Notes: generated from the letters alone by a model not told the origin. A stretch of 64,000 bases of DNA from an uncultured Alphaproteobacteria bacterium (GCA_947053455.1 CAMRSV010000001.1:186087-250086); one strand, 5' to 3'; counted from the first letter of the stretch, positions 9,669 to 21,770 are shown. Program-made: numbers and translations.

Positions 9669-9995
9669 ATGTATGATTTTTTGATAAATTACGGACTGGT
9701 TACAATAAAACTGATTATGGCAATCGGGGTGGCGGTGATATACCTGCGATTTTTCAATGCTGCGGCGCAAATTGAACCAAACGGCGATTTAACTATTGTA
9801 CGCAAGGGCGCCAAAAAGTATTCGGTTGTAATTATTGATAACGGGGATGTGGATGCGGACGCATTGGTGGAAATCGGGCGTGGTGAAAAATGGCTGATGC
9901 GGGAACTAAAGAAAAAGAAAATAAAGAACATGGATGAGGTGCTGCTGGCACAGTGGCATAATAACCGCCTGCAGATAATAAAAAAAGAAGGATGA
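9669..9995 (+). CDS. DUF421/YetF-like protein with apparent internal in-frame deletion (possible pseudogene)
   Basis: One N-terminal TM joined directly to the C-terminal YetF-like motifs IEPNGDLTI / IIDNGDVD / WLMRELKK; only 108 aa. Confidence 0.6.
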   Translation: MYDFLINYGLVTIKLIMAIGVAVIYLRFFNAAAQIEPNGDLTIVRKGAKKYSVVIIDNGDVDADALVEIGRGEKWLMRELKKKKIKNMDEVLLAQWHNNRLQIIKKEG

Positions 9996-10007
9996 GGCGG
10001 AATAAAC

Positions 10008-10367
10008 AAATGGTCGGCAATCATTTTTTTTTCATGTTTGGGAGATGAGAAATAAGATGCCGACCATAAAGTATGTTGATGACACTAAACATATTTCGGA
10101 ATATTATCCCGCCACCAACATAAAAAGATAAGACCACCAAAAAAAATCAGATGGTCGGGGTGTTTAGAAAATCGCACAAACTCGACCCCGTTGGATTTTT
10201 GAGGGGTTGCCCCCACTATTGCATATTCCAACGGCACCCCGACCATTATAAGGTACATAGGGCTTAAACGGTGCAAACGCACCATCATGGATATTCCGAT
10301 GCGATTCGCACCGAGTTTGTGAGAGGCTTTCTAACGGCCCCGAATCCAATATCCCTATTGAATTCAA
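10008..10367 (-). ncRNA. C4-antisense-like RNA/attenuator cassette, copy B (inverted paralogue of copy C)
   Basis: Loop TTAGAAA with target TTTCTAA; linker CACAAACTCG with target CGAGTTTGTG; same scaffold and 3' tail as 21771..22111; TATAAT just upstream. Confidence 0.85.
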
Positions 10368-10402
10368 ATATATTATACAATATTTGAATAAAAACACAAG
10401 AA

Positions 10403-10427
10403 AAAACACCGACATTGTCGGTGTTTT
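10403..10427 (-). terminator. Intrinsic terminator after accC
   Basis: AAAACACCGAC-ATT-GTCGGTGTTTT. Confidence 0.7.
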
Positions 10428-10430
10428 GTA

Positions 10431-11819
10431 TTATTTTTCTTCATTCTTTGGCTTTTGTCGGGCATTTTTTTCCGACGCCCCAGACAGGTATGATTCCAAC
10501 CAATGATTATCGAATTTCAGGGTTTTTACATCTTTGTTCTGTAACAATTTTTGTTGCAGTGGGATGGTGGTTTTCACCCCTTCTATCACAAATTCATCCA
10601 GCGCACGCGTCGCACGCATAATACACGCCGGGCGATTTTGCGCATGTACGACCAGTTTTGCAATCATTGAATCATATGTCGGCGGAATCGTGTATCCGGT
10701 GTAAACCGCACTATCCACACGAACGCCCATACCACCCGACGGCGCGTACTGCGTTATCGTGCCGGGATTTGGTATGAATGTTTCCGGGTCTTCGGCGTTG
10801 ATGCGAAATTCAATCGCATGACCATTGGCAACAACATTTGACTGGGTATATCCCAACTGTTCGCCGGCAGCAATGCGTATTTGTTCGCGCACCAAATCAA
10901 CACCGTATACCATTTCGGTGACAGGGTGTTCCACTTGAAGTCTAGTGTTCATTTCTAGGAAATAAAACTTACCGTCTTCAAACATGAATTCAAACGTACC
11001 GGCGTTGGTATAACCCATTTTTTTCGCCGCCTTTTTACAGATTTCAATCATGTCGTCACGCTGTTTCTGCGTCAAGATTGCCGCCGGGCATTCTTCCATC
11101 ACTTTCTGGTTCTTGCGCTGCAGCGAGCAGTCGCGTTCCCCAAATATGACCACATGCCCGTGCTGGTCGCCCAACACTTGAAACTCAATATGCCGCGGAT
11201 GCAGTAATAGTTTTTCCATATACAACGTGTCATCGCCGAAACCGGATTTTGCCTCGTTCTTTGTAATCTGGAATGCGGCCGCCATTTCATCGGCGCACAT
11301 TACCGGGCGAATTCCGCGCCCGCCACCACCGGCCGCCGCCTTTAACATGACGGGGTAACCGATTTTTTCGGCGCATTCGTACGCCTCTTCCAATGTGGCG
11401 ACCGCACCATCAGAACCCGGCACTACCGGCAAACCGCATTCAATCGCGGTGCGTTTGGCATTAACCTTGTCCCCCATTTTGACAATCATGTCGGCGCTGG
11501 GGCCAATCCATATCATGCCATGCTGTTCCACCTTGCGCGCAAAATCGGCACGTTCGGACAAAAATCCGTAACCGGGATGAATCGCGTCCGCATTCGTTAG
11601 TAGCGCCGCCGTCAATATGGCCGATTCATTTAAATATGAATCTTTGGATGGTCCCGGCCCGATACAGACCGATTCGTCCGCCAATTGGACGTGCATTGCA
11701 TTTTTATCGACCGTTGAATATACGGCAACTGTGCGAATTCCCATATCACGGCACGCCCGAATAATGCGCAGTGCAATTTCGCCACGGTTCGCAATTAAAA
11801 CTTTTTTAATCTGTGACAT
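10431..11819 (-). CDS. accC: Acetyl-CoA carboxylase biotin carboxylase
   Basis: [53 protein letters not shown]. Confidence 0.98.
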   Translation of the reverse strand: MSQIKKVLIANRGEIALRIIRACRDMGIRTVAVYSTVDKNAMHVQLADESVCIGPGPSKDSYLNESAILTAALLTNADAIHPGYGFLSERADFARKVEQHGMIWIGPSADMIVKMGDKVNAKRTAIECGLPVVPGSDGAVATLEEAYECAEKIGYPVMLKAAAGGGGRGIRPVMCADEMAAAFQITKNEAKSGFGDDTLYMEKLLLHPRHIEFQVLGDQHGHVVIFGERDCSLQRKNQKVMEECPAAILTQKQRDDMIEICKKAAKKMGYTNAGTFEFMFEDGKFYFLEMNTRLQVEHPVTEMVYGVDLVREQIRIAAGEQLGYTQSNVVANGHAIEFRINAEDPETFIPNPGTITQYAPSGGMGVRVDSAVYTGYTIPPTYDSMIAKLVVHAQNRPACIMRATRALDEFVIEGVKTTIPLQQKLLQNKDVKTLKFDNHWLESYLSGASEKNARQKPKNEEK

Positions 11820-11821
11820 TT

Positions 11822-12268
11822 TTATTCAATTACAATCAATGGTTGATCAAATTCAACCGCCTGGCCGTCGGTGACCAAGATTTCCTTGACCACGCCGTCT
11901 TTATCGGCCTTAATCGGGTTGAATGTTTTCATGGCTTCGACCAGGGCGACCGTATCGCCGACCTTAATCGATGCGCCGACTGTTGTAAATGCCTTGGCAC
12001 CTGGTTCCGGGGACAAGTATGCCACACCAACCATTGGCGATTTCAGGACATGGCCGCTAACCATTTTAGGAGCCGGTTCACTATTAGTTTTTTTCGCCGT
12101 GTCGGAAATCGGGAAACTTGGCATCGCAACCGTGGCGGCCGCCTGCTTTGACAGGTGAATGTGTTTACGATATACACCGAACAAAAACTGGCGTTCCAGT
12201 TCCAGTTCCGTAATACCCATTTCGTCCATTATTTTGGACATGGATTCTACATTTGCACGAAATGACAT
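11822..12268 (-). CDS. accB: Biotin carboxyl carrier protein
   Basis: SPMVG, EAMKT biotinylation motif; start ATG 12268 with GAAGGA RBS. Confidence 0.92.
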   Translation of the reverse strand: MSFRANVESMSKIMDEMGITELELERQFLFGVYRKHIHLSKQAAATVAMPSFPISDTAKKTNSEPAPKMVSGHVLKSPMVGVAYLSPEPGAKAFTTVGASIKVGDTVALVEAMKTFNPIKADKDGVVKEILVTDGQAVEFDQPLIVIE

Positions 12269-12339
12269 AATTTTTATTCCTTCTGTTATATTGGTACACT
12301 TTATTTTCTGTCCAGATTTTACCACATTCGTACCCATTG

Positions 12340-12576
12340 TCAAGGGACAGGGTCATATCCGAACCCACCACCAGGTCTGCAACGCATTATTCGTCGCAGT
12401 CCCATTATCACACCGCGCACCGCACCGTATCGTTCAATAGACTGGCGCGCGTATTCGCTGCAACTGGGGGTAAAACGGCATGCACACCGTCCACCGATGA
12501 CGGGTGAAATCACCATCTGGTAAAACTTAATCGCATGTATTGCAATGCGCTGGGAAAAATTATTAATTTTGCACAT
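12340..12576 (-). CDS. yidD: Membrane protein insertion efficiency factor YidD
   Basis: [25 protein letters not shown]...GYDPVP. Confidence 0.92.
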   Translation of the reverse strand: MCKINNFSQRIAIHAIKFYQMVISPVIGGRCACRFTPSCSEYARQSIERYGAVRGVIMGLRRIMRCRPGGGFGYDPVP

Positions 12577-12931
12577 CCGGTTTCGACGCGTCATATGTTT
12601 TGCTGATATAGTGCAACGCCTTTCTCATGGCGTTGCGGCCATCAGACCGACTAGCCTCCAAAATTGCCCGTCTGGCAATAATTATATAATCCAGTTCGGG
12701 GCGCATTTGCTTTTCATTAAAACGCAACCAGTCCCGCAACATACGCTTTGCCCGGTTACGATGCACCGCCAGTTTGAATGTGCGCTTTGTTACAATCAAT
12801 CCATAGCGTGCGTCATCTGCAAACTTGGCCGATTTGGCCCGTATCAAAAAAAACTGGCTGCGCGCGGTCGGGTCGTTTTCCGCCGCGGCAAAATCCTTAT
12901 GATTCTTTATTGTATCTCGCATAATGCGCAT
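12563..12931 (-). CDS. rnpA: Ribonuclease P protein component
   Basis: RYGLIVTKR..KLAVHRNRAKRMLR RNR motif; adjacent to yidD (alternative start at 12922). Confidence 0.92.
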   Translation of the reverse strand: MRIMRDTIKNHKDFAAAENDPTARSQFFLIRAKSAKFADDARYGLIVTKRTFKLAVHRNRAKRMLRDWLRFNEKQMRPELDYIIIARRAILEASRSDGRNAMRKALHYISKTYDASKPDVQN

Positions 12932-13044
12932 ATAATATCACAATATGAGACAAATCAAATAAAAAAGAGCATTTTTTTAGTTTGTCGCCTTGATTTTTTT
13001 TGCGCAAAGATTTATAGTGCAAAAAAGCAATTCACAACAATTAA

Positions 13045-14106
<1,062 letters not shown>

Positions 14107-14189
14107 ATATAACCAATGCCCCGAAAGGGGCATTTTTACTATTGCATTCCTAAAATTCTTTGATATAATCATGTGGCTTTGAAAGAAAT

Positions 14190-14246
14190 GGGTGGTTAGT
14201 TCAGTTGGTCAGCCGCGTTACGTTGACATCGTAATGTTGTTGGTTC
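14190..14246 (+). pseudogene. Degenerate 3'-truncated copy of tRNA-Val(GAC)
   Basis: GGGTGGTTAGTTCAGTTGGTCAGCCGCGTTACGTTGACATCGTAATGTTGTTGGTTCC is a diverged copy of the intact tRNA that starts 88 nt downstream; lacks the 3' T-arm and acceptor strand. Confidence 0.8.
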
Positions 14247-14277
14247 CCTGGATAATATCACTAAAGCAAAAAGTTTT

Positions 14278-14354
14278 GGGTGGTTAGCTCAGTTGGTTAG
14301 AGCGTTACGTTGACATCGTAAAGGTCGTTGGTTCGAGTCCAATACCACCCACCA
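14278..14354 (+). tRNA. tRNA-Val(GAC)
   Basis: GGGTGGTTAGCTCAG...TTACG-TTGACAT-CGTAA...GGTTCGAGTCC...CCACCCACCA. Confidence 0.95.
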
Positions 14355-14375
14355 CGATTTTAACTGGAAATAAAA

Positions 14376-14450
14376 ATGCGAATGCACAAATAATTTTAAT
14401 CAAATTTCAACGGGATTCTTTGGACGCCCCGTTGGCGTCCATTTATTTTT
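14376..14450 (+). promoter_or_regulatory. metG leader: peptide MRMHK (14376..14393) with antiterminator/terminator
   Basis: ATG CGA ATG CAC AAA TAA. CAACGGG (14408-14414) pairs with CCCGTTG (14428-14434), which is mutually exclusive with terminator TGGACGCC/GGCGTCCA + TTTATTTTT. Confidence 0.7.
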
Positions 14451-14469
14451 ACCAAAGGGCACGCAAATC

Positions 14470-16476
14470 ATGGCAAACGAAAATTCTAAAAAATATCTGA
14501 TTACATCCGCACTGCCGTATGTGAACGGCGAACTGCATCTGGGGCATTTGGTGGGCTGCTGGCTGCCCAGTGACGTATATGCCCGTTTTTGCCGTGCACG
14601 CGGGCGCGATGTGCTATATATATGCGGGGCGGACGAACATGGAACACCGGCCGTCGTAGGTGCCGCAAAAGAAGGAATTCCCGTTATCGAATACAATAAC
14701 AAGTATTATGAAAAGCACCTGCGGGCGGTGCGCGACTTTAATTTATCGTTTGATTTATATGGCCGTACCCATACGGATTTTCAAGAAAAACTGATTCATC
14801 AGTTGTTTTCGCAATTGGATGCCCAGGGTCTGATTGAAGAACGCGAAACAATTCAACCATTTTCCATTGATGACAACATGTTCCTGGCCGACCGTCAAGT
14901 ACTGGGGACATGTCCAAAGTGCGGATTTGAAAATGCGCGCGGCGATCAGTGTGATAAATGTGGTGCCACGTATGAAGTGGATGAATTGCTCTCACCGCGC
15001 AGCGCAATATCTGGTGGCACAAATATTGAAATGCGCCCGACCAAAAATCTGTTCTTTCTGGCGTCCAAGATAGAAGATGACTGGCGTGAATGGTTGAAAA
15101 CACATGCGCCAAAATGGTCAAAGACCGCAAGTGCAATTGCGGCCGGATGGGCGAACGAAGGTTTGCATGACACATCCATCACGCGTGATTTGCCGTGGGG
15201 CATACCGGTAAACAAACCAGGCTATGAAAACAAAGTCTTTTATGTATGGTTCGACGCGCCCTGGGGATATGTTTCCATTTCACAGGCGGCGCGGGAAAAC
15301 TGGGCAGACTGGTGGAAAAATCCGGACACGCATTACGCACAGTTTATGGGCAAGGATAATGTAAAATTCCATGCGGTATTCTTTCCGCAGCAGCAGTTGG
15401 CCATGCACGACGGTTGGAAAACGGTTGATATGCTTAAATCCATGAACTTTTTGAATTTCGAAGGCGGCAAATTCTCCAAGTCAGAAAAGCGCGGAATATT
15501 TCTAGATGCGGCGATTGATGTTGCCCCCAGCGACGCGTGGCGTTATGCGCTGCTGGCGTCGGCGCCGGAAACCGACGACACTGATTTCACTATCGCCCGA
15601 TTTGCCGATATTGTTAACAAGGATTTGAACGGCATGCTGGGTAATTTTGTGTCGCGTGTATGCAAACTGACCGACAAGAATTTTGGAAACGCGGTGCCTG
15701 CACATGCGGCACCCGACACAGGTTTGACCCGGCAAATCAATGAAAAACTCTTGGAATTGACGGCGGCACTTGATGCATGTGAATTTCGTATCGCAATTGT
15801 CGCATTGCGGGGACTCTTCGCAATTGGCAACGAATATATGACAAAAATGGAACCATGGGCGCTGGTTAAAAACGGTGACATGTCTGCGGCGGGGGCGGCG
15901 CTAAATGAATGTTTTCAATTAATTGACCTGTATGCCCGTGTATCATCCCCATTTATTCCAACAGCCGCCGATAAAATGCGTGACGTATTCACAGAACGCC
16001 ATGAATTGACATGGCCAGAATCGTATGAACGCCGTATCGCAGACGGTGAAAAATTTACCGTACCAGAAAACCTGTTTCAACGCATTGACGATGCGCGTGT
16101 TGGGGAACTGACCGAACGGTTCGCCCCCCAAAAAGACGATGCACCGAAACTTCGCGTTGCAAAAATTATCGCGATTGAAAATCATCCCTCGCGCAGTGAT
16201 TTACATGTACTGCGCATAGACGATGGTGTGCATAACGATATTCAAATCGTATGTGCGGCCCCAAATGTCAGGGCAGATATGATATGCGTACTGGCACCAG
16301 TCGGCGCACGCATTGCAAATGCCAAGAAGCCAATTGCACAACGCACGGTTGCGGGTGTTGAATCATACGGAATGCTGTGCGGGGCGCCTGAACTGGGGCT
16401 GAACGGGAATCCGGACGAAATCTTGGCGCTGCCTGGGGACATGAATGTAGGCACGGAATATGTATTGACAAAATAA
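14470..16476 (+). CDS. metG: Methionine-tRNA ligase with C-terminal tRNA-binding domain
   Basis: ITSALPYVNGELHLGH, ICGADEHG, CPKC...CDKC zinc knuckle, YVWFDA, KFSKS, C-terminal OB fold (ESYGML). Confidence 0.97.
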   Translation: MANENSKKYLITSALPYVNGELHLGHLVGCWLPSDVYARFCRARGRDVLYICGADEHGTPAVVGAAKEGIPVIEYNNKYYEKHLRAVRDFNLSFDLYGRTHTDFQEKLIHQLFSQLDAQGLIEERETIQPFSIDDNMFLADRQVLGTCPKCGFENARGDQCDKCGATYEVDELLSPRSAISGGTNIEMRPTKNLFFLASKIEDDWREWLKTHAPKWSKTASAIAAGWANEGLHDTSITRDLPWGIPVNKPGYENKVFYVWFDAPWGYVSISQAARENWADWWKNPDTHYAQFMGKDNVKFHAVFFPQQQLAMHDGWKTVDMLKSMNFLNFEGGKFSKSEKRGIFLDAAIDVAPSDAWRYALLASAPETDDTDFTIARFADIVNKDLNGMLGNFVSRVCKLTDKNFGNAVPAHAAPDTGLTRQINEKLLELTAALDACEFRIAIVALRGLFAIGNEYMTKMEPWALVKNGDMSAAGAALNECFQLIDLYARVSSPFIPTAADKMRDVFTERHELTWPESYERRIADGEKFTVPENLFQRIDDARVGELTERFAPQKDDAPKLRVAKIIAIENHPSRSDLHVLRIDDGVHNDIQIVCAAPNVRADMICVLAPVGARIANAKKPIAQRTVAGVESYGMLCGAPELGLNGNPDEILALPGDMNVGTEYVLTK

Positions 16477-16578
16477 AAAATGTCAATTATTTGCTTGCCA
16501 AATAAAATATTCATGATAGACTGACAAGCTGATTAAGGGGCAGCCCTATTTTTCGCCCCACAACAAAAAGAATATATA

Positions 16579-16920
16579 ATGAGTAAAAAATTTAGTAAAG
16601 AAACAATGAGTATAAAAATCGTCTGTGCAGAGTCACAGGCGGATGCAAAGTTAGAAAAATATATACTAAACGACGTGTACGAGTGCAAAAAATGTAAAAA
16701 TTTTTATTCCTGCGAATTGGCTGGCGGCAATTGCCCGTGCAGTTTTTCAGAAGAAATCGTCCGCGCTGGTATAAATTGCGGCCGCGAATTTGTCGGATGG
16801 TCTGCATCCGTGCGCAATGTTTTCGGAACAAACCGTGTTCTGAATATATATTCGCCGGCTAATCTTATCATACTGCGCAACACGATTGAAAAGGTGAAAC
16901 AAAAATATAATGCAAGATAA
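16579..16920 (+). CDS. Hypothetical Cys-rich small protein
   Basis: AT-rich ORF with CKKC..C...CPC, overlapping the queH start; family not recognised. Confidence 0.55.
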   Translation: MSKKFSKETMSIKIVCAESQADAKLEKYILNDVYECKKCKNFYSCELAGGNCPCSFSEEIVRAGINCGREFVGWSASVRNVFGTNRVLNIYSPANLIILRNTIEKVKQKYNAR

Positions 16921-17464
16921 TGTCGGCGCGATGCGTCTGGTTTTAGTGTCATGTTGCGCGCCATGCAGCGCAGGCGCCATACGCCAATTGCATGATGGGG
17001 TGATTCCAGGCATTTCGGACTTTATCGTTTTGTTTTTTAATCCAAATATTTATCCGGCCGCCGAATATCAGAAACGCCTGGCCGAACAGATAAGATATTG
17101 CGATATACTGGGCGTAAAATATGCCATCGGCGAATATAATCATGACGCATGGCGCGCGGCGGTGCGCGGCCTTGAAGGGGCACCCGAACGCGGTGCGCGG
17201 TGCGCGGCATGCTTTAAATTCCGGTTTTGCTATGCACGTGAATTTGCGAAAAAAAACGGTTACAACGCTATCGCCAGCGTTCTGGGTGTATCGCGCCACA
17301 AAGACCAGTCACAGGTTGACGATGCGGCGCGCAATGCATGTGATGGGGAAATTGAATATTTACCGATAAAATGGGACGAAAATTTGCGACAACAAATTGG
17401 CCGCGCGTCTGACTTTTACCGGCAAAATTACTGCGGGTGTGAATTTTCCATTCGTAAAATTTAG
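16910..17464 (+). CDS. queH: Epoxyqueuosine reductase QueH
   Basis: SCCAPCS, FNPNIYP..EY..R, PERGARCxxCF..R, YRQNYCGCEFS. Confidence 0.93.
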   Translation: MQDNVGAMRLVLVSCCAPCSAGAIRQLHDGVIPGISDFIVLFFNPNIYPAAEYQKRLAEQIRYCDILGVKYAIGEYNHDAWRAAVRGLEGAPERGARCAACFKFRFCYAREFAKKNGYNAIASVLGVSRHKDQSQVDDAARNACDGEIEYLPIKWDENLRQQIGRASDFYRQNYCGCEFSIRKI

Positions 17465-17493
17465 AAAAAAACCGCCGTTAATCGGCGGTTTTA
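17465..17493. terminator. Bidirectional intrinsic terminator
   Basis: AAAAAAACCGCCG-TTAAT-CGGCGGTTTT between convergent genes. Confidence 0.75.
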
Positions 17494-18330
17494 TTATCGC
17501 GTAATAAATAGTTCGTTCGCATTGTTTATCGCACGGCGCAATGCGTCGTGTTTTGCAAATATCGCACGTTCGGACAATGATTTAACACAAACACCGTCAC
17601 CGGATAATAATGCATCCAATGCATCGCGATTCCATGCGCCTTTATATTTAGCGCCAACTTTTTCAACCAGCCGCGCATCCGCATTTGGCGCACTGTCAAC
17701 TTCCATATAAACCTGTTTGTATCGCAGGCCGTTTTGCATTATACGGTATTGCTGGCTAACCGGCATATATGCAAATGTCCCAAGAGATACAAATCCATGC
17801 TCACAATGGTCGGGAAAATATTTGTGAATATTCAGAAAACTGTCATCACTTAAAAGTTTTGGCTGCTTTATTTGCATTATGCTGCATATTTTATCAACCA
17901 TTTCCTGCGTCAGGGGCGCGTCCATACCGCACCCGTCGACATTGTAATTTAAAGTCATCATCGGCAGCAGTGGTGAAAAACCGTTTCCAAAATCCACAAT
18001 CAGGGAATTGTCCGCAACACCATTTGCCATATTATTATAGGCACTTGCAAAGCGGTGTGCATAATAAAAACTGCGGTACGGCACGGCGATTTTATCAACC
18101 ACCCATGCAGTAAACTTTGGATTTTTCAAGGCTAATAACGCCCGACCTACGCGCCCCAGATAACGCTTGTAACATGGCATTTGAAATAGCGACATTAACG
18201 CACCGTTCCATTCATGAACAAAGTCAATCGTATACATGGGCATATTCGGCATCAGCTGCCAATATTTTTGTAATCCACCTTCTAGCCCTAATGCGCACGT
18301 TAACATTATATCCATCGATTTTTGATTCAT
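17494..18330 (-). CDS. Hypothetical protein, possible class I SAM-methyltransferase fold
   Basis: IVDFGNGFSP resembles motif I; SLGTFAYM resembles the post-II motif. Weak. Confidence 0.5.
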   Translation of the reverse strand: MNQKSMDIMLTCALGLEGGLQKYWQLMPNMPMYTIDFVHEWNGALMSLFQMPCYKRYLGRVGRALLALKNPKFTAWVVDKIAVPYRSFYYAHRFASAYNNMANGVADNSLIVDFGNGFSPLLPMMTLNYNVDGCGMDAPLTQEMVDKICSIMQIKQPKLLSDDSFLNIHKYFPDHCEHGFVSLGTFAYMPVSQQYRIMQNGLRYKQVYMEVDSAPNADARLVEKVGAKYKGAWNRDALDALLSGDGVCVKSLSERAIFAKHDALRRAINNANELFITR

Positions 18331-18455
18331 TATAAATTTTCCTTTTTTATTCAGATATAAATTCTATACAAACAATTGTGTTTTGTCAACATAATATCAA
18401 AATATTTGCGATATGATAAATTCCCGTCTATAATTGCATAGTTAAAGGAGTCTTT

Positions 18456-19331
18456 ATGTCATCAATTTTAGTTTTCCCGGGTCAAGGTTCGCAATCAGTC
18501 GGCATGGCACGTGAATTATATGAAACAAATCCTGCGGCGCGTGCCGTGTTCGAAGAAGTTGACGACGCGTTGAATCAAAAACTGTCGGACATTATATTCA
18601 ACGGCCCGATGGAGGATTTAACACTAACCGCAAATGTTCAGCCGGCAATCATGGCGGTATCAATTGCAATGATGCGTGCGGGCAATGTTAAGCTTACCCC
18701 GTATGTCGCGGGACATTCGTTGGGGGAATACACGGCGCTGTGCGCGGCGGGTGCACTGTCACTGCGCGATACGGCAAAACTTCTGCGATTGCGCGGGGAC
18801 GCGATGCAGCGCGCGGCGCCGGTTGGCGCGGGGCTGACCGCGGTTGTTCTGGGGCTGGAAATTGACGCGGTCCGTGAAATATGTGATGCCGCCGGGTGCG
18901 ACGTTGCAAATGACAATTCCCCGGGTCAAGTTGTAATATCGGGTCCGCGCGATGCGGTTGAACGTGCGATGCAATTTGCCAAAGACGCCGGCGCGAAACG
19001 CGCGTTGCCGTTGGCGTTGTCGGTGCCGGTTCATTGCCGTATGCAGAGTCCGGCCGCCGACGAGATGCGCGCCGCATTGGAAAGCACGGAAATAAAGCGC
19101 CCAGTCGCCAAACTAATTTCGAACAAAACGGCCGCCCCAATGGATGACCCGGACGAGATAAAAGATGCCTTGGTCTATCAAATGACGCATGGCGTACGCT
19201 GGCGTGAAAGTGTTATGGCAATGAAAGATTTGGGAATAACAGAAACCATCGAAGTTGGACCGGGTGCGGTTTTAACGGGACTTACCGGGCGCATTTGTCC
19301 GGACATGACATCTAAAAAATTGGAGATATAA
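18456..19331 (+). CDS. fabD: Malonyl-CoA:ACP transacylase
   Basis: FPGQGSQ, AGHSLGEY, NDNSPGQVVISG, EVGPG. Confidence 0.97.
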   Translation: MSSILVFPGQGSQSVGMARELYETNPAARAVFEEVDDALNQKLSDIIFNGPMEDLTLTANVQPAIMAVSIAMMRAGNVKLTPYVAGHSLGEYTALCAAGALSLRDTAKLLRLRGDAMQRAAPVGAGLTAVVLGLEIDAVREICDAAGCDVANDNSPGQVVISGPRDAVERAMQFAKDAGAKRALPLALSVPVHCRMQSPAADEMRAALESTEIKRPVAKLISNKTAAPMDDPDEIKDALVYQMTHGVRWRESVMAMKDLGITETIEVGPGAVLTGLTGRICPDMTSKKLEI

Positions 19332-19332
19332 A

Positions 19333-20061
19333 ATGTTTGATTTAAAAGATAGAGTTGTTTTGATTACGGGCGCAACCGGCGGCATTGGCGGTGCAATTGC
19401 AAAAAAGATGAAGGAAGCCGGCGCGACCGTCGTTGTGTCGGGTCGCAATACGGCGAAACTGGAATCCGAATTCGGTGACGAATTTATCAAGATTCCGGCG
19501 GATTTGTCGGCGGATGGCGCGGCGGTGGAACTGGTCATGAACACGATTGAGGCGGCCGGCAAAATCGACATCGTCGTCAACAATGCCGGTATTACAAAAG
19601 ATGGCCTGGTCATGCGCATGACCGACGAACAGTTCGATGATGTTATTAACACAAACCTGCGCAGCACGTTTAAGATTTGCCGCGCGTGCATCATGCCGAT
19701 GATGAAGAACCGCTTTGGCCGTATTATCAACATGGCATCAATTATCGGCGTTATCGGTGGCCCAGGCCAGGCGAACTATGCCGCATCTAAGGGCGGAATG
19801 ATTGCAATGACAAAATCCATCGCGGCCGAGGTTGCATCCCGCGGAATCACCGCGAACTGTATCGCACCGGGATTTATCAAAACCCCGATGACAGACGTTT
19901 TGCCAGATGAGTTAAAGGCGGCATACCTGGCGCAAATCCCGGCGGGTCGTTTTGGCGAACCGGATGACATCGCGAACGCGTGCGTATTCTTGGCGTCAAA
20001 CGAGGCATCATACATCAACGGTCAAACATTGAATGTAAACGGCGGTATGGGACGCTTTTAA
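19333..20061 (+). CDS. fabG: 3-oxoacyl-ACP reductase
   Basis: TGATGGIG, NNAGITKD, GQANYAASK; directly after fabD. Confidence 0.96.
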   Translation: MFDLKDRVVLITGATGGIGGAIAKKMKEAGATVVVSGRNTAKLESEFGDEFIKIPADLSADGAAVELVMNTIEAAGKIDIVVNNAGITKDGLVMRMTDEQFDDVINTNLRSTFKICRACIMPMMKNRFGRIINMASIIGVIGGPGQANYAASKGGMIAMTKSIAAEVASRGITANCIAPGFIKTPMTDVLPDELKAAYLAQIPAGRFGEPDDIANACVFLASNEASYINGQTLNVNGGMGRF

Positions 20062-20073
20062 TCGGCGGATGAA

Positions 20074-21717
20074 ATGACGGAATTTGATGTAATCGTTATC
20101 GGTGGCGGTCACGCCGGGGTTGAGGCGGCCGCCGCATCCGCGCGACGCGGGGCGCGGACGCTGCTGCTGACACAAATGGTGTCTGATTTGGGGGCAATGT
20201 CGTGCAACCCCAGTATCGGCGGCCCTGGCAAATCCCAAATGGTTGCGGAAATTGATGCGCTGGGGGGCGTGATGGGTCGCGCGGCGGATGCAAGCGGGAT
20301 TCATTTTCGCATGCTGAACGCGACGCACGGCGCGGCAACGCGCGCGCTGCGCGCACAGATTGACCGCGGATTATATCATGACGCGGTGATTAAAATATTA
20401 AATGAATATGAAAATTTAACCATCGTTTTTGAAACAGTCGATCATTTGGATTTGATACACAAAACCGTCAATAATAAATATTTGGCGCGCGCAATTGTGA
20501 TTACGACCGGGACGTTTTTGGGGGGGCTTGTCACACGCGGTGCGGAAAAAATTCCGTCGGGTCGCCTGATGGACAATGGCGAATATCAGGCGCCAGATAC
20601 AAATATATCGGCGGTTCTGCGGGACGCAGGGTTTGACATAATGCGCCTTAAAACCGGGACACCCGCACGCATATATCGGCACAGCATTGATTTTTCCGTC
20701 TGTGAAACCCAACCCGCGGACAATCCGCATGACTGGTTCCACGGTTGTGACACAGACAATAATTTTGACGCATTGTGCTATATCACGCATACGACGACCG
20801 AAACACATAACATTATTCGTGATAACATTAAAAACGCGCCCATGTATAATGGCGACATTCGCGGCACCGGCCCCAGATATTGCCCAAGCCTGGAAGACAA
20901 GGTAATGCGTTTCCCCGACCACACATCCCACCATGTGTTTTTAGAGCCCGAGGGCCTAAACAGTGACCTGATATATCCGAACGGCATATCGACCAGTTTT
21001 GGCGCAGATATTCAGGACGCATGGATTCGCACAATTCCGGGTTTGGAAAATGCGGTTGTTGCGCGGTACGGATACGCAATTGAATATGATGCGATTGATG
21101 CGCGCGCGCTGCGTGCGACATTGGAATCCAAGGCGATGCCGGGTGTATTCTTTGCGGGACAAATAAACGGCACATCAGGATATGAAGAAGCCGCCGCCCA
21201 AGGCATAGTTGCCGGCGCGAATGCCGCAGCCACGGCAATCGGGTTGGGTGCCCTGGAACTGGACCGGACGTGCGCCATGATTGGCGTTATGATTGACGAC
21301 ATAACGACAATGGGCGTGGACGAACCGTACAGAATGTTTTCGTCGCGCGCGGAATACCGGTTGCATCTGCGGGCGGATAACGCGATTGCGCGCCTGGGGG
21401 ACGCGGCGGTGGAACTGGGGCTGTTAAGTGCGACCGCCCGTGACGAAATATATGCACGCCGTGCCGCGCAGATTGCTGAAAACGATAAATTTTACGCGGG
21501 CTACATTGAACGCAACGCCCGCGAAATTGCGGCATACCGGCGCGACATGGAATTAAAGATTCCGGCAAATATTGATTACACAAAAATGCCGGGATTAACG
21601 GGTGAATTGGTGGAAAAATTAAACCGAGTGCGCCCGGAAAACATTGCGGCTCTGTCGCGCATACCGGGCATGACGCCGGCGGGGATAATGGTTGTTTTGC
21701 GCGCGGTAAAGCGTTGA
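20074..21717 (+). CDS. mnmG: tRNA uridine-5-carboxymethylaminomethyl synthesis enzyme MnmG (GidA), compact form
   Basis: [65 protein letters not shown]. Confidence 0.96.
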   Translation: MTEFDVIVIGGGHAGVEAAAASARRGARTLLLTQMVSDLGAMSCNPSIGGPGKSQMVAEIDALGGVMGRAADASGIHFRMLNATHGAATRALRAQIDRGLYHDAVIKILNEYENLTIVFETVDHLDLIHKTVNNKYLARAIVITTGTFLGGLVTRGAEKIPSGRLMDNGEYQAPDTNISAVLRDAGFDIMRLKTGTPARIYRHSIDFSVCETQPADNPHDWFHGCDTDNNFDALCYITHTTTETHNIIRDNIKNAPMYNGDIRGTGPRYCPSLEDKVMRFPDHTSHHVFLEPEGLNSDLIYPNGISTSFGADIQDAWIRTIPGLENAVVARYGYAIEYDAIDARALRATLESKAMPGVFFAGQINGTSGYEEAAAQGIVAGANAAATAIGLGALELDRTCAMIGVMIDDITTMGVDEPYRMFSSRAEYRLHLRADNAIARLGDAAVELGLLSATARDEIYARRAAQIAENDKFYAGYIERNAREIAAYRRDMELKIPANIDYTKMPGLTGELVEKLNRVRPENIAALSRIPGMTPAGIMVVLRAVKR

Positions 21718-21770
21718 TGCGCCCGCACAATTTTTCCTATCTTTTTTCGTTTTAATAATGTATAATTCAT

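Noticed and set aside
10008-10367. B/C repeat as an IS, MITE or CRISPR array
   Set aside because: No terminal inverted repeats, target duplication, transposase or repeat-spacer periodicity were seen.
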